A stretch of DNA of 32,000 nucleotides, from positions 2,010,001 to 2,042,000 of the forward strand of contig NZ_LN831024.1 in NCBI RefSeq assembly GCF_001457615.1, in the 5' to 3' direction. Below, one piece after another: positions 1 through 11,939 of the stretch (position 1 is its first letter; each line of letters begins with the position of its first letter). This DNA is from Pseudomonas aeruginosa (GTDB taxonomy: Bacteria > Pseudomonadota > Gammaproteobacteria > Pseudomonadales > Pseudomonadaceae). The translations under genes were made by a program, and so were the position numbers. The notes below the pieces were generated by a model. That model was given only the letters and a program-made list of their open reading frames with translations, was not told where the DNA came from and made no database searches.

Positions 1-11
1 TCGAGAGTGAA

Positions 12-87
12 GGGTGATTAGCTCAGCTGGGAGAGCATCTGCCTTACAAGCAGAGGGTCGGCGGTTCGATCCCGTCATCACCCACCA
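12..87 (+). tRNA. tRNA-Val (anticodon TAC)
   Basis: 76-nt cloverleaf: GGGTGAT acceptor pairs with ATCACCC, anticodon stem-loop CTGCCTTACAAGCAG, T-loop GGTTCGATCCC, 3' CCA encoded. Confidence 0.97.
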
Positions 88-103
88 ATCTCGCAAGTTA
101 CGC

Positions 104-180
104 GCAGCGGTAGTTCAGTCGGTTAGAATACCGGCCTGTCACGCCGGGGGTCGCGGGTTCGAGTCCCGTCCGCTGCGCCA
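104..180 (+). tRNA. tRNA-Asp (anticodon GTC)
   Basis: 77-nt cloverleaf: GCAGCGG pairs with CCGCTGC, anticodon loop CTGTCAC, TTCGAGTCC T-arm, discriminator G + CCA. Confidence 0.98.
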
Positions 181-294
181 TTCACTTCCCCTCCCGAGTT
201 CACCACCCCGAACTCGCCGTCTTCCACCAGAAGGCGGGCAGCCTGGCTGCAACGAGAGGAAGTCGCTTTACCGGGCATCTTGCCCAGCCGACGC

Positions 295-371
295 GCAGCG
301 GTAGTTCAGTCGGTTAGAATACCGGCCTGTCACGCCGGGGGTCGCGGGTTCGAGTCCCGTCCGCTGCGCCA
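295..371 (+). tRNA. tRNA-Asp (anticodon GTC), second copy
   Basis: Identical over 77 nt to the copy at 104..180. Confidence 0.98.
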
Positions 372-409
372 TACATCTTCACCACGCCGAGGCGGGGTGA
401 GCCACGAAG

Positions 410-433
410 AAAGCGGCCAATGGCCGCTTTTTT
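410..433 (+). terminator. Rho-independent terminator of the tRNA transcript
   Basis: AAGCGGCC-AAT-GGCCGCTT perfect 8-bp stem directly followed by a T tract. Confidence 0.9.
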
Positions 434-570
434 CGTTTCCGTCGTCCCCTGCGTCTTCCGCTTTCTCCTTGTTTGCCGGATTTCCTGCTCCGTCGGTCCG
501 CGCGCGGTAATCCCGCTGTCATCTTCCTCGTCTACAGCTGAAAGACACAGACGAACGAAGGTGATCCGCG

Positions 571-657
571 ATGGACGACTACCAGGAAGAACTGCTGGAG
601 CAGCATGCCGCCGAATGCGATCTGCCAGAGCCGGCGGACGATGCCACCGAGATGTGA
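571..657 (+). CDS. Putative small acidic protein, 28 aa (MDDYQEELLEQHAAECDLPEPADDATEM)
   Basis: ATG-to-TGA ORF preceded by GAAGGTGATCCGCG (SD-like GAAGG about 8 nt upstream). Ends exactly where the convergent AraC-type gene ends. Confidence 0.5.
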   Translation: MDDYQEELLEQHAAECDLPEPADDATEM

Positions 658-1691
658 TCATGCGCTCTGTCGCTGGGCGCGGCGGAATTCGCCGGGCGTC
701 TGCCCGCTCCAGCGCTTGAAGGCGCGCTGGAAGGCTTCCGCCGAGGCGAAGCCGAGCAGGTAGGCGATTTCGCCGAAAGCCAGGTCGGTCTCGCGGATGT
801 AGACCATCGCCAGGTCGCGGCGGGTGTCGTTGAGGATGCTGCGGAACTGGGTGCCTTCCTCGGCCAGCTTGCGCCGCAGGGTCCAGGTCGGCAACTTGAG
901 GCGCGCGGCGATTTCCTCGAGGTCCGGTTCGCGACCATTGAGCATCGGCCCCAGCAGGCGGCTGACGCGCTCGCGCCAACTGCGGGTGCGGGTCAACTGC
1001 TCCAGTTCGCGGTTGCAGAGTTCCAGCATCTGGTTCCAGGTGCTCGGACAGTGCTCGGCATTCGCCAGGGCCAGGCTGGCCTGGCTCAGGCGCAACTGGT
1101 TGGTCGGCGCGCCGAATTCCACCGGGCAGCCGAAGAATGCCTCGTAGCGCTCGGCCCAAGGCGGCGCTGGATATTCGATCTCCACCCGCTCCGCTTTCAA
1201 CGGCTGCCTTGCCAGGGCGCCGAGATGGCTGATCCAGCCTGCCAGCACCGAATCGACGACGAAGCGGTTATAGGCGTTGTAAGGGCTGATCGAATAGAAG
1301 CGCAGCCAGGCGCCGCCGGCGTCTTCCACCAGGCTCGACTGGCCCCGGTAGTTCTGCGCGTAAAGCGGTTCCAGGTGGATCATTGCCCGCGCGGCGGCGC
1401 GCAGGTTGGGCGCCTGGGCGACGCTGACGCCGGCCAGGCCCATCTGTCCGAGACGGCTCAGGCGGCCCATCTGCAGGCCGAGGGCGGGGTCGCCGCTGAG
1501 CTGTATGGCGGCATGGCCGAGGCGCATGTAGCGAGGGATCGACAGGCGCGCCCCGGGTTCGGCCAGGCGCCGCTGGTCGAGGCCGTACTGCTCGAGCAGT
1601 GGTGCGGGCTCGACGCCGGCGGCGAGCAGGGCGTCGGCCAGCGCCTGGACGAAGCCGACCGAGAGGTCGCCGAGGCGAACCCGGGGCGCGC

Positions 1692-1695
<4 letters not shown>
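658..1695 (-). CDS. AraC-family transcriptional regulator (arabinose-binding-domain type), 345 aa
   Basis: Protein MSAPRVRLGDLSVGFVQALADALLAAGVEP...LKLPTWTLRRKLAEEGTQFRSILNDTRRDLAMVYIRETDLAFGEIAYLLGFASAEAFQRAFKRWSGQTPGEFRR, a classical C-terminal AraC HTH. Start ATG (1695) overlaps the upstream stop. The ORF track gives this as + but it reads on the - strand. Confidence 0.93.
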
Positions 1696-5064
<3,369 letters not shown>

Positions 5065-5313
5065 GAGCCTTTCCGCGATCTGTTGCGTAGCGGAGAAACT
5101 GCGTTGAAAACGGCTTTTCTCCAGCTCGCACAGGTTCTGCGTATCGCCCCTGTCCGCCCTCGTCGGCGCGGCGGGGGGCTGTGCACCGGTTCGGTGAACG
5201 GTGGCGCTCTGCCACGGTGATCTCCGTCCGCTCAAAACCCGACCGCTTCACAATTTCCCCTACCGCTCGGCGGGCCGTCCGGCATCGCCCGGGTGTCTGC
5301 CAACCCAGTCACA

Positions 5314-5341
5314 TTGCCCGCGACATTTTTTCCCCTAGACT
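5314..5341 (+). promoter_or_regulatory. Candidate sigma70 promoter for the 5437..6840 gene
   Basis: TTGCCC -16 nt- TAGACT. Confidence 0.4.
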
Positions 5342-5436
5342 TGCCCGAACAACGAGATAGCGCCTGTTTTTCAGGTGACATGCCAGATGGGTACTGCCGG
5401 ATGCGGGCCGCCTCGCCAGGCGTTCGAGGGTTAGCG

Positions 5437-6840
5437 ATGAGCATGCAGAAAAAGCCACAGATGGCGGAGGCCGTGCTGTTCTTCAACGACAGCGGCGTCT
5501 GCAAGGAAATGCTGTATCCCGAATTCGAGGCGCTGCTCGATGGCCTGGTGCGCATGCCGGAATACGCCGACCGGCAGATGCACCTGGCCTATGTGTTGAT
5601 CAATCCGCGCCTGCAGGCGCGGGCGGCGGTGTTCTTCTATCTCGATTTCGACGAGCAGGGCGGCGCCGACACCGGCTGGAACCTGCCTCTGCGCAACCTC
5701 GCCGAACGCGCCGGACGCGGCCCCGACATGGGCGGCGGGCCGATCCGCCTGGCCTGTCGCAGCCAGTGCCCGGTGTCCTGGCACCAGATGCACCTCTGGG
5801 ACCCGGAGAGCAGCGCCGGACGCAACCATTTCGTGCTCATCCGCGACGCGCTCAGGCGCAACCAGCTGGGCCTGCTGGTGGACGAAGAGCCTGCCGCGGT
5901 GGAGCCGCAGCGGCTGCAGATGGCCGCCGAAGAGCAATGGTACGCCGCCGGTCCCGCCGCCCCGAAGGCACCGCCCGCGGAGCCTCCGCGCAAGCAGGAG
6001 GACGAGCAGGCGGCGCGCCTGGCGCAACTGGTCAAGCAGCAGCGACAACAGCTCGCCGCCCTGGCCCGGCAGCAGGAGCAGCGCCTGGCCGGGCTCGCCC
6101 GGCAGCACGAAGAGGAACTGGCCAGGCGCGAACAGGACGCCCGCGGGCAACTGGACATCCTGCGCAGCGAAGTGCTCAGCCTGCAACAGGCCCTGGAACG
6201 GCAGGCGCGGGAGAACGCCGAATTGCAGCAGCGTCTGCTGGAGCAGGGCGAGCAGTTCCAGCGCAACCGCGAGGAACTGACCCGGCAACTGCGTTTCATC
6301 GAGAACCAGGGGCGCAACGAGACCGACCTGCTGCGCTCGGAGTTCGCCGACGAACTGGAGGCTCGGGTGGCGGCGGCGGTGGCCGGCTACAAGGAGCAGG
6401 TCTCGATCCGCGACGTCGAACTGGCCTACCGCAACGAGCTGGACCAGCAACTGGAGCAGGAACTGGCCGAGCTGCGCGCCGAGCGCGACCGTCTGGCCGC
6501 CCAGGGACCGGAGCAACTGCTGGAGCGTCTATCCGGCCAGGGCGTGGTATTCGTCGCCTACCATCCCGGTGCCGGGCACCTGACCATCCCCTTGCAGGAC
6601 ATCCCGCGTTACCAGGACAATCCGCTGGCCTACGCGGCGGCCAAGTGCTTCGTCTCCGAGAGCCAGTACCGCCAGTGGCTGGACCACTTCCAGCAGCCGC
6701 GCTGCGAGGCGCTGCTGCCCGGCGGCGAACGCTGCAACCTGCCGCTCGACCGGGTCGACAACCCGGCGCGCTTCGTCGCCGGTGACACCAACTGCTGCGC
6801 CCGGCACAAGACCACGGGGCGCCTGCGCACCGTGAGCTGA
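5437..6840 (+). CDS. Uncharacterised protein: N-terminal globular domain, central coiled coil, C-terminal Cys-containing domain, 467 aa
   Basis: ATG in frame with the long ORF (MSMQKKPQMAEAVLFFNDSG...). Long Glu/Gln/Leu/Arg heptad-rich region, and C-terminal CEALLPGGERCNLPLDRVDNPARFVAGDTNCCARHK. Confidence 0.85.
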   Translation: MSMQKKPQMAEAVLFFNDSGVCKEMLYPEFEALLDGLVRMPEYADRQMHLAYVLINPRLQARAAVFFYLDFDEQGGADTGWNLPLRNLAERAGRGPDMGGGPIRLACRSQCPVSWHQMHLWDPESSAGRNHFVLIRDALRRNQLGLLVDEEPAAVEPQRLQMAAEEQWYAAGPAAPKAPPAEPPRKQEDEQAARLAQLVKQQRQQLAALARQQEQRLAGLARQHEEELARREQDARGQLDILRSEVLSLQQALERQARENAELQQRLLEQGEQFQRNREELTRQLRFIENQGRNETDLLRSEFADELEARVAAAVAGYKEQVSIRDVELAYRNELDQQLEQELAELRAERDRLAAQGPEQLLERLSGQGVVFVAYHPGAGHLTIPLQDIPRYQDNPLAYAAAKCFVSESQYRQWLDHFQQPRCEALLPGGERCNLPLDRVDNPARFVAGDTNCCARHKTTGRLRTVS

Positions 6841-6844
6841 CTCC

Positions 6845-7777
6845 TTGCCGTTTCCCCACTGGTCACCGCATACACCCTTGCAGCGTCTCGAACTCGACTG
6901 GCTGCAACGGGCCGGGGTCGAACTGGCGCTGCTGCGCCTGGACCAGGCCGATCCGCTGATCTCCGGCAACAAGGGGTTCAAGCTCGCGCCACACCTGGCG
7001 CTGGCCCACGAGCAGGGGCTGGACGGCCTGATCAGCCTCGGCGGCGCCCATTCCAACCACCTGCACGCGCTGGCCGGCGCCGGCGCGCGTTTCGGTTTCC
7101 GTTGCGTCGGCCTGTTGCGCGGACACGAAGTCGATACGCCGACGGTGCGCGACCTGCGCAGTCTCGGCATGGAACTGCACTGGCTCGGCTACGGCGGCTA
7201 TCGCCAGCGGCATGCCGCCGGCTTCTGGCTTCCCTGGCGGGAACGTTACCCAGGCTTGCTGCCGGTCGCCGAGGGCGGTGGCGGGCTGCTGGGCGCGCGC
7301 GGTTGCATCGGGCTGGTGGAGCGCATAGCGACCCAGTTGCCGACGCTCGGCTGGGACGATTACGACGCGATCTGGGTGGCCGCCGGTACCGGTACGACAC
7401 TGGCCGGCCTGGTGCTCGGCGAGGCCGGGCGGCATCCCGTGGTGGGCGCGCTGGCGGTGCCGGAGGACCACGGCGTCGCCGCCCAGGTCGCGGCGACCCT
7501 TGCCGAGGCGGGCTGGGCCGATGCCGGCTATCGCCTGCTGGACGCCAGCCGTGGCGGTTTCGCCCGCCTCGATGGGAAATTGGCGCGGTTCATCGTCGAG
7601 TTCGAGACGGCCAGCGGCGTCGCCCTCGAACCGCTGTACACCGGCAAGCTGCTGCTCGCCCTGCGCGAGGCCGTGGAGAGCGGCGCGGTGGCTCGCGGCA
7701 GCCGGCTGGTGGCGCTGCACAGCGGAGGTCTGCAGGGCCGCCGGGCATTGCAGGAGCGTTTGCTGGCGTTGCTCTGA
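6845..7777 (+). CDS. PLP-dependent enzyme, D-cysteine desulfhydrase / 1-aminocyclopropane-1-carboxylate deaminase family, 310 aa
   Basis: LISGNKGFKLAPHLALAHEQGLDGLISLGGAHSNHLHALA and AAGTGTTLAGLVLG motifs. TTG start 4 nt after the preceding stop. Confidence 0.85.
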   Translation: MPFPHWSPHTPLQRLELDWLQRAGVELALLRLDQADPLISGNKGFKLAPHLALAHEQGLDGLISLGGAHSNHLHALAGAGARFGFRCVGLLRGHEVDTPTVRDLRSLGMELHWLGYGGYRQRHAAGFWLPWRERYPGLLPVAEGGGGLLGARGCIGLVERIATQLPTLGWDDYDAIWVAAGTGTTLAGLVLGEAGRHPVVGALAVPEDHGVAAQVAATLAEAGWADAGYRLLDASRGGFARLDGKLARFIVEFETASGVALEPLYTGKLLLALREAVESGAVARGSRLVALHSGGLQGRRALQERLLALL

Positions 7778-8743
7778 TCAGGCATCCGCGGCCTGGCGCG
7801 CGCTACCCCACAGGCTGAGCCCCGGTGGCCAGTCGTCGCTGGCCAGGAACAGGCGCTCGGCCTCTACCCAGTAGCCGTCGCGCGGCACCACCCTTACCAG
7901 CATTTGCGGACGTGCCTCGTCGGCGAAGGCGATGTTCCAGCAGGCGCCGTCGCGCGGTGGGTCGAGCGGGTCCTGCCGCCGCATGGCCGGCGCCAGCCAG
8001 TGCTCGCGCGACAGATGCAGCCAATGCTGCCCGGTCTGCGGTCCGGCCAGGCTGGCCAGGTACGCCGGCCAGTCGCGCTGGCGGAGCCAGCGGCCACGCA
8101 GATGCCGTGGCTCGATGTCGGCGGGCAGGCTGCCCGGCCCGGGCCAGGGATGGAACAGGTAGCCGCTCAGCCACAATGCGGAAACGGCCGATTCGGCGCC
8201 ATGGGCGGCCAGCACCTGGCGACCCTCGCGGGTCGCCGCCAGCGGCAACTGGTGTCGGCAGAGGTGTTCCAGCTTGCGTGACAGGCGGTCCTGGCCGCCG
8301 GGGCCGAGCCAGTCGCCGGGGCCGGACTGGGGCCCCAGGTAGAGTTTGATCGCCAGTTCCAGATGGTGGATGCCGTCGTCGTCCCGCAGCAGCAGGTCGA
8401 GTTCGCCAAGGGTATGCCCGCCGTCGCGCACCGGCAGGTTGGCGGCGATCAGGCGCACGTCCGGGGCTTGTTCCAGGGCGAATTGCCAGAGATGTTCGTA
8501 GTACAGGCCGAGACGCTGCCGTGGCCACTGCGCGAGCCAGGCGGCGAGGTGCTGCGGCTGTCGCTCCTGTTCGCGCAACCAGGCGGCCAGGCGCTCCGGC
8601 TCCTGGCGCCAGCGGCTGGCGGCGAGCGGATGGCGCTGCGGCTCCGGGGTCCGGCGCAGCAACGGCGGGGCGAGCAGGGTCCAGGCCAGGTCGCGGACGG
8701 CCGGGTGGTGCAATTCGTCGAGCAGTTCGGTCAGCAGCGTCAT
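7778..8743 (-). CDS. DUF1853-like family protein, 321 aa
   Basis: MTLLTELLDELHHPAVRDLAWTLLAPPLL...GELDLLLRDDDGIHHLELAIKLYLGPQ; whole-ORF similarity to my recollection of the DUF1853 family. Confidence 0.75.
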   Translation of the reverse strand: MTLLTELLDELHHPAVRDLAWTLLAPPLLRRTPEPQRHPLAASRWRQEPERLAAWLREQERQPQHLAAWLAQWPRQRLGLYYEHLWQFALEQAPDVRLIAANLPVRDGGHTLGELDLLLRDDDGIHHLELAIKLYLGPQSGPGDWLGPGGQDRLSRKLEHLCRHQLPLAATREGRQVLAAHGAESAVSALWLSGYLFHPWPGPGSLPADIEPRHLRGRWLRQRDWPAYLASLAGPQTGQHWLHLSREHWLAPAMRRQDPLDPPRDGACWNIAFADEARPQMLVRVVPRDGYWVEAERLFLASDDWPPGLSLWGSARQAADA

Positions 8744-8799
8744 ACCCTGAGGTTAGCCGGGTTGCGCCACTCGCGGCGATTTCCCTTACATGCGCGGGT

Positions 8800-8829
8800 T
8801 TGCCGCTGTCCGCGGCTTTCGCCCATAAT
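8800..8829 (+). promoter_or_regulatory. Candidate sigma70 promoter of nadK
   Basis: TTGCCG -18 nt- CATAAT, about 38 nt upstream of the nadK ATG. Confidence 0.55.
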
Positions 8830-8867
8830 CCGCTCTATCCCGCCCGCCAGCTTTTCGCAGGAACCGC

Positions 8868-9755
8868 ATGGAACCCTTTCGCAATATCGGCATCATCGGC
8901 CGCCTCGGCAGCACCCAGGTGCTGGACACCATTCGCCGGCTGAAGAAATTCCTGATCGATCGCCACCTGCATGTGATCCTCGAGGACACCATCGCCGAAG
9001 TCCTGCCCGGACACGGCCTGCAGACCTGCTCGCGGAAGATCATGGGCGAGATCTGCGACCTGGTGGTGGTGGTCGGCGGCGATGGCAGCATGCTCGGCGC
9101 GGCCCGAGCGCTGGCCCGGCACAAGGTGCCGGTGCTGGGGATCAACCGCGGCAGCCTGGGCTTCCTCACCGACATCCGCCCGGATGAACTGGAGGCCAAG
9201 GTCGGCGAGGTGCTGGACGGCCAGTACATCGTCGAGAGCCGCTTCCTCCTCGATGCCCAGGTGCGTCGCGGTATCGACTCGATGGGGCAGGGCGATGCGC
9301 TCAACGACGTGGTCCTGCACCCGGGCAAGTCGACCCGGATGATCGAGTTCGAGCTGTATATCGACGGCCAGTTCGTCTGCAGCCAGAAGGCCGACGGCCT
9401 GATCGTCGCCACGCCCACCGGTTCCACCGCCTACGCGCTGTCCGCCGGCGGTCCGATCATGCATCCGAAGCTGGATGCCATCGTCATCGTGCCGATGTAC
9501 CCGCACATGCTTTCCAGCCGCCCGATCGTGGTGGACGGCAACAGCGAGCTGAAGATCGTCGTGTCGCCGAACATGCAGATCTACCCGCAGGTCTCCTGCG
9601 ACGGGCAGAACCATTTCACCTGCGCCCCCGGCGATACCGTGACGATCAGCAAGAAGCCGCAGAAGCTGCGCCTGATCCACCCCATCGACCACAACTACTA
9701 CGAGATCTGCCGGACCAAGCTCGGCTGGGGCAGCCGCCTGGGCGGAGGCGACTGA
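8868..9755 (+). CDS. nadK: NAD kinase, 295 aa
   Basis: VVVVGGDGSMLGAAR, GINRGSLGFLTDI, GLIVATPTGSTAYALSAGGPI motifs. Confidence 0.97.
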   Translation: MEPFRNIGIIGRLGSTQVLDTIRRLKKFLIDRHLHVILEDTIAEVLPGHGLQTCSRKIMGEICDLVVVVGGDGSMLGAARALARHKVPVLGINRGSLGFLTDIRPDELEAKVGEVLDGQYIVESRFLLDAQVRRGIDSMGQGDALNDVVLHPGKSTRMIEFELYIDGQFVCSQKADGLIVATPTGSTAYALSAGGPIMHPKLDAIVIVPMYPHMLSSRPIVVDGNSELKIVVSPNMQIYPQVSCDGQNHFTCAPGDTVTISKKPQKLRLIHPIDHNYYEICRTKLGWGSRLGGGD

Positions 9756-10735
9756 TGCAACTCGACCCCGGACGTGGCTACGACCTGATCGGCGATGTCC
9801 ACGGCTGCGCGCATACCCTGGACCGCCTCCTCGACCTGCTCGGCTACCGCCTGCAGGGCGGCGTCTGGCGCCATCCGCGGCGCCAGGCGCTGTTCCTCGG
9901 CGACATCGTCGACCGCGGCCCGCGCATCCGCGAGGCCCTGCACCGGGTGCACGCGATGGTCGACGCCGGCGAGGCGCTGTGCATCATGGGCAACCACGAA
10001 TTCAACGCGCTCGGCTGGAGCACCCCGGCGGCGCCCGGCAGCGGCCGCCAGTACGTCCGCGAGCATACGCCGCGGCATGCCCGGCTGATCAAGGAGACCC
10101 TCGAGCAGTTCGAGGGCCACGATGCCGACTGGCGCGACTTCCTCGGCTGGTTCCAGCAACTGCCGCTGTTCCTCGATGCCGGGCGCTTCCGCATGGTCCA
10201 TGCCTGCTGGGATGGCGAGCTGATCGCGACCCTGCGCCGGCAGTTCCCCGACGGGCGGATCAGCGAAGCCTTCCTGCAGGAGTCGGCGGAGCCCGGCAGC
10301 TTTGCCGACCTGGCCTGCAACCGTCTGCTGCGCGGCACCGACATGCGCCTGCCGCACGGTGCCACCCTGACCAGCAGCGATGGCTATACGCGCGCCTTCT
10401 TCCGCACCAAGTTCTGGGTCGAGGACGAGGCGCCGCGCACCTACGGCGATATCGTCTTCCAGCCCGACGCGTTGCCCGAAGCGATCGCCCGCGAGCCGCT
10501 CAGCGAGGAGCAGAAGTCCAGCCTGCTGACCTACGGCGCCGACGAACCGCTGTTGTTCGTCGGCCACTACTGGCGACGCGGCACGCCGGCGCCGATCCGG
10601 CCGAACCTGGCCTGCCTGGACTACAGCGCGGTGATGTACGGCAAGCTGGCGGCCTATCGCCTGGATGAGGAAACCCGCCTGGACCGGCACAAGTTCGTCT
10701 GGGTCGAAGTGAAGCGGCCGGAGGCTGACGAGTGA
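9755..10735 (+). CDS. Metallophosphoesterase (PPP/ApaH-like), 326 aa
   Basis: GDVHGCAHTL, GDIVDRGPRI, GNHEFN signatures. ATG overlaps the nadK stop (TGATG). Confidence 0.9.
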   Translation: MQLDPGRGYDLIGDVHGCAHTLDRLLDLLGYRLQGGVWRHPRRQALFLGDIVDRGPRIREALHRVHAMVDAGEALCIMGNHEFNALGWSTPAAPGSGRQYVREHTPRHARLIKETLEQFEGHDADWRDFLGWFQQLPLFLDAGRFRMVHACWDGELIATLRRQFPDGRISEAFLQESAEPGSFADLACNRLLRGTDMRLPHGATLTSSDGYTRAFFRTKFWVEDEAPRTYGDIVFQPDALPEAIAREPLSEEQKSSLLTYGADEPLLFVGHYWRRGTPAPIRPNLACLDYSAVMYGKLAAYRLDEETRLDRHKFVWVEVKRPEADE

Positions 10736-11592
10736 GCGCGGTGCAGGTCCTGAAGTTTCCCCTGTCGGTCGACCTGGCCGGCTTCGTCGGCCTGCTGCGG
10801 CGTCTGAACGTGCCGCACCGGGTCAGCGAGGAGTCCGGCCAGCAGGTCCTCTGGGTGCCCGACGAGCGGCTCGCCGAGCAGGTCCGCGAGTTGTACCGGC
10901 GTTATCCCGAAGGCGATCCGCAGGCGACCCTGGAGGCCGCGCCGCGACCGGCGGGGCAGGGTTTCGTCCGGCAACTGCGGATGAGCCCGATGACCGCCGC
11001 GGTGTTGCTGCTGACCTTCGTCGTCGCCGCTGTCACCTACCTTGGCGACAACTTCGCGACGATGCGCTGGCTGACCTTCCAGGACTTCCGTATCCAGGGC
11101 CAGTACGCGCTGTTCACGCCGTTGGCCGAGAGCCTGGCGGCGGGTCAATGGTGGCGGCTGTTCACGCCGATGCTGATCCACTTCGGCTGGCTGCACCTGG
11201 CGATGAACGCCATGTGGTTCTGGGAACTGGGCCGGCGCATCGAGTTCGGCCAGGGCCGCCCGATGCTGCTCGGCCTGACCCTGCTGTTCGGCCTGGTGTC
11301 CAACGTGGTGCAGTACGCGGTGAGCGGCGCCAGCCTGTTCGGCGGGTTGTCCGGGGTGCTCTATGGCCTGCTCGGGCACTGCTGGATCTTCCAGTACCTG
11401 GCGCCGAACCAGGCCTATCGCCTGCCCAGGGGCGTCGTGGCGATGATGCTGATCTGGCTGCTGGTGTGCCTGTCCGGGGTGATCGACCTGCTCGGCTTCG
11501 GCTCCATCGCCAACGGCGCGCACGTTGGCGGGCTGCTGGTCGGTTGCCTCAGCGGTTTGCTGGGCGGCCTGCTGGCGCGGCGTCGCCGTTGA
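10732..11592 (+). CDS. glpG: Rhomboid-family intramembrane serine protease (GlpG-like), 286 aa
   Basis: GGLSGVLYGLLG (catalytic GxSG), GAHVGGLLVG (catalytic His), HLAMNAMWFWELG, several TM segments. GTG start overlaps the upstream TGA. Confidence 0.9.
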   Translation: MSAVQVLKFPLSVDLAGFVGLLRRLNVPHRVSEESGQQVLWVPDERLAEQVRELYRRYPEGDPQATLEAAPRPAGQGFVRQLRMSPMTAAVLLLTFVVAAVTYLGDNFATMRWLTFQDFRIQGQYALFTPLAESLAAGQWWRLFTPMLIHFGWLHLAMNAMWFWELGRRIEFGQGRPMLLGLTLLFGLVSNVVQYAVSGASLFGGLSGVLYGLLGHCWIFQYLAPNQAYRLPRGVVAMMLIWLLVCLSGVIDLLGFGSIANGAHVGGLLVGCLSGLLGGLLARRRR

Positions 11593-11675
11593 GCGAGGGG
11601 CTGCGGCAGCTTCGATGTGCGCCGCCGGCCCCGGCCCGGTAGAATGGCCGGTACGCCTTTTCACCGGAGCCGGCC

Positions 11676-11939
11676 ATGTCGTCCTTCAATCAAGCGATCG
11701 AGAACATCACTCCTGAGATCTACCAGAACCTCAAGCTGGCCATCGAGATCGGCAAGTGGCCGGACGGCCGCAAGCTGACCCAGGAGCAGAAGGAACTCTG
11801 CCTGCAGGCGGTGATCGCCTGGGAGCTGCAGAACCTCCCCGAGGAGGAGCGCACCGGCTACATGGGCCCGCAGCACTGCTCCTCGCATTCCGACGAGCCG
11901 ATCCCGAACATCCTGTTCAAGTCGGACTCCGTGCACTGA
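11676..11939 (+). CDS. YeaC-like DUF1315 family protein, 87 aa
   Basis: MSSFNQAIENITPEIYQNLKLAIEIGKWPDGRKLTQEQKELCLQAVIAWE. Confidence 0.85.
   Translation: MSSFNQAIENITPEIYQNLKLAIEIGKWPDGRKLTQEQKELCLQAVIAWELQNLPEEERTGYMGPQHCSSHSDEPIPNILFKSDSVH

Noticed and set aside
104-371. Duplicated tRNA-Asp as possible evidence of an integrated element
   Set aside because: Both copies are full-length and in tandem, with no integrase, att-like partial copy or foreign cargo. This is an ordinary multicopy tRNA operon.
14-510. Short ORFs running through the tRNA genes (14..304 and 280..510)
   Set aside because: They consist of translated tRNA sequence and cannot be genuine CDSs.
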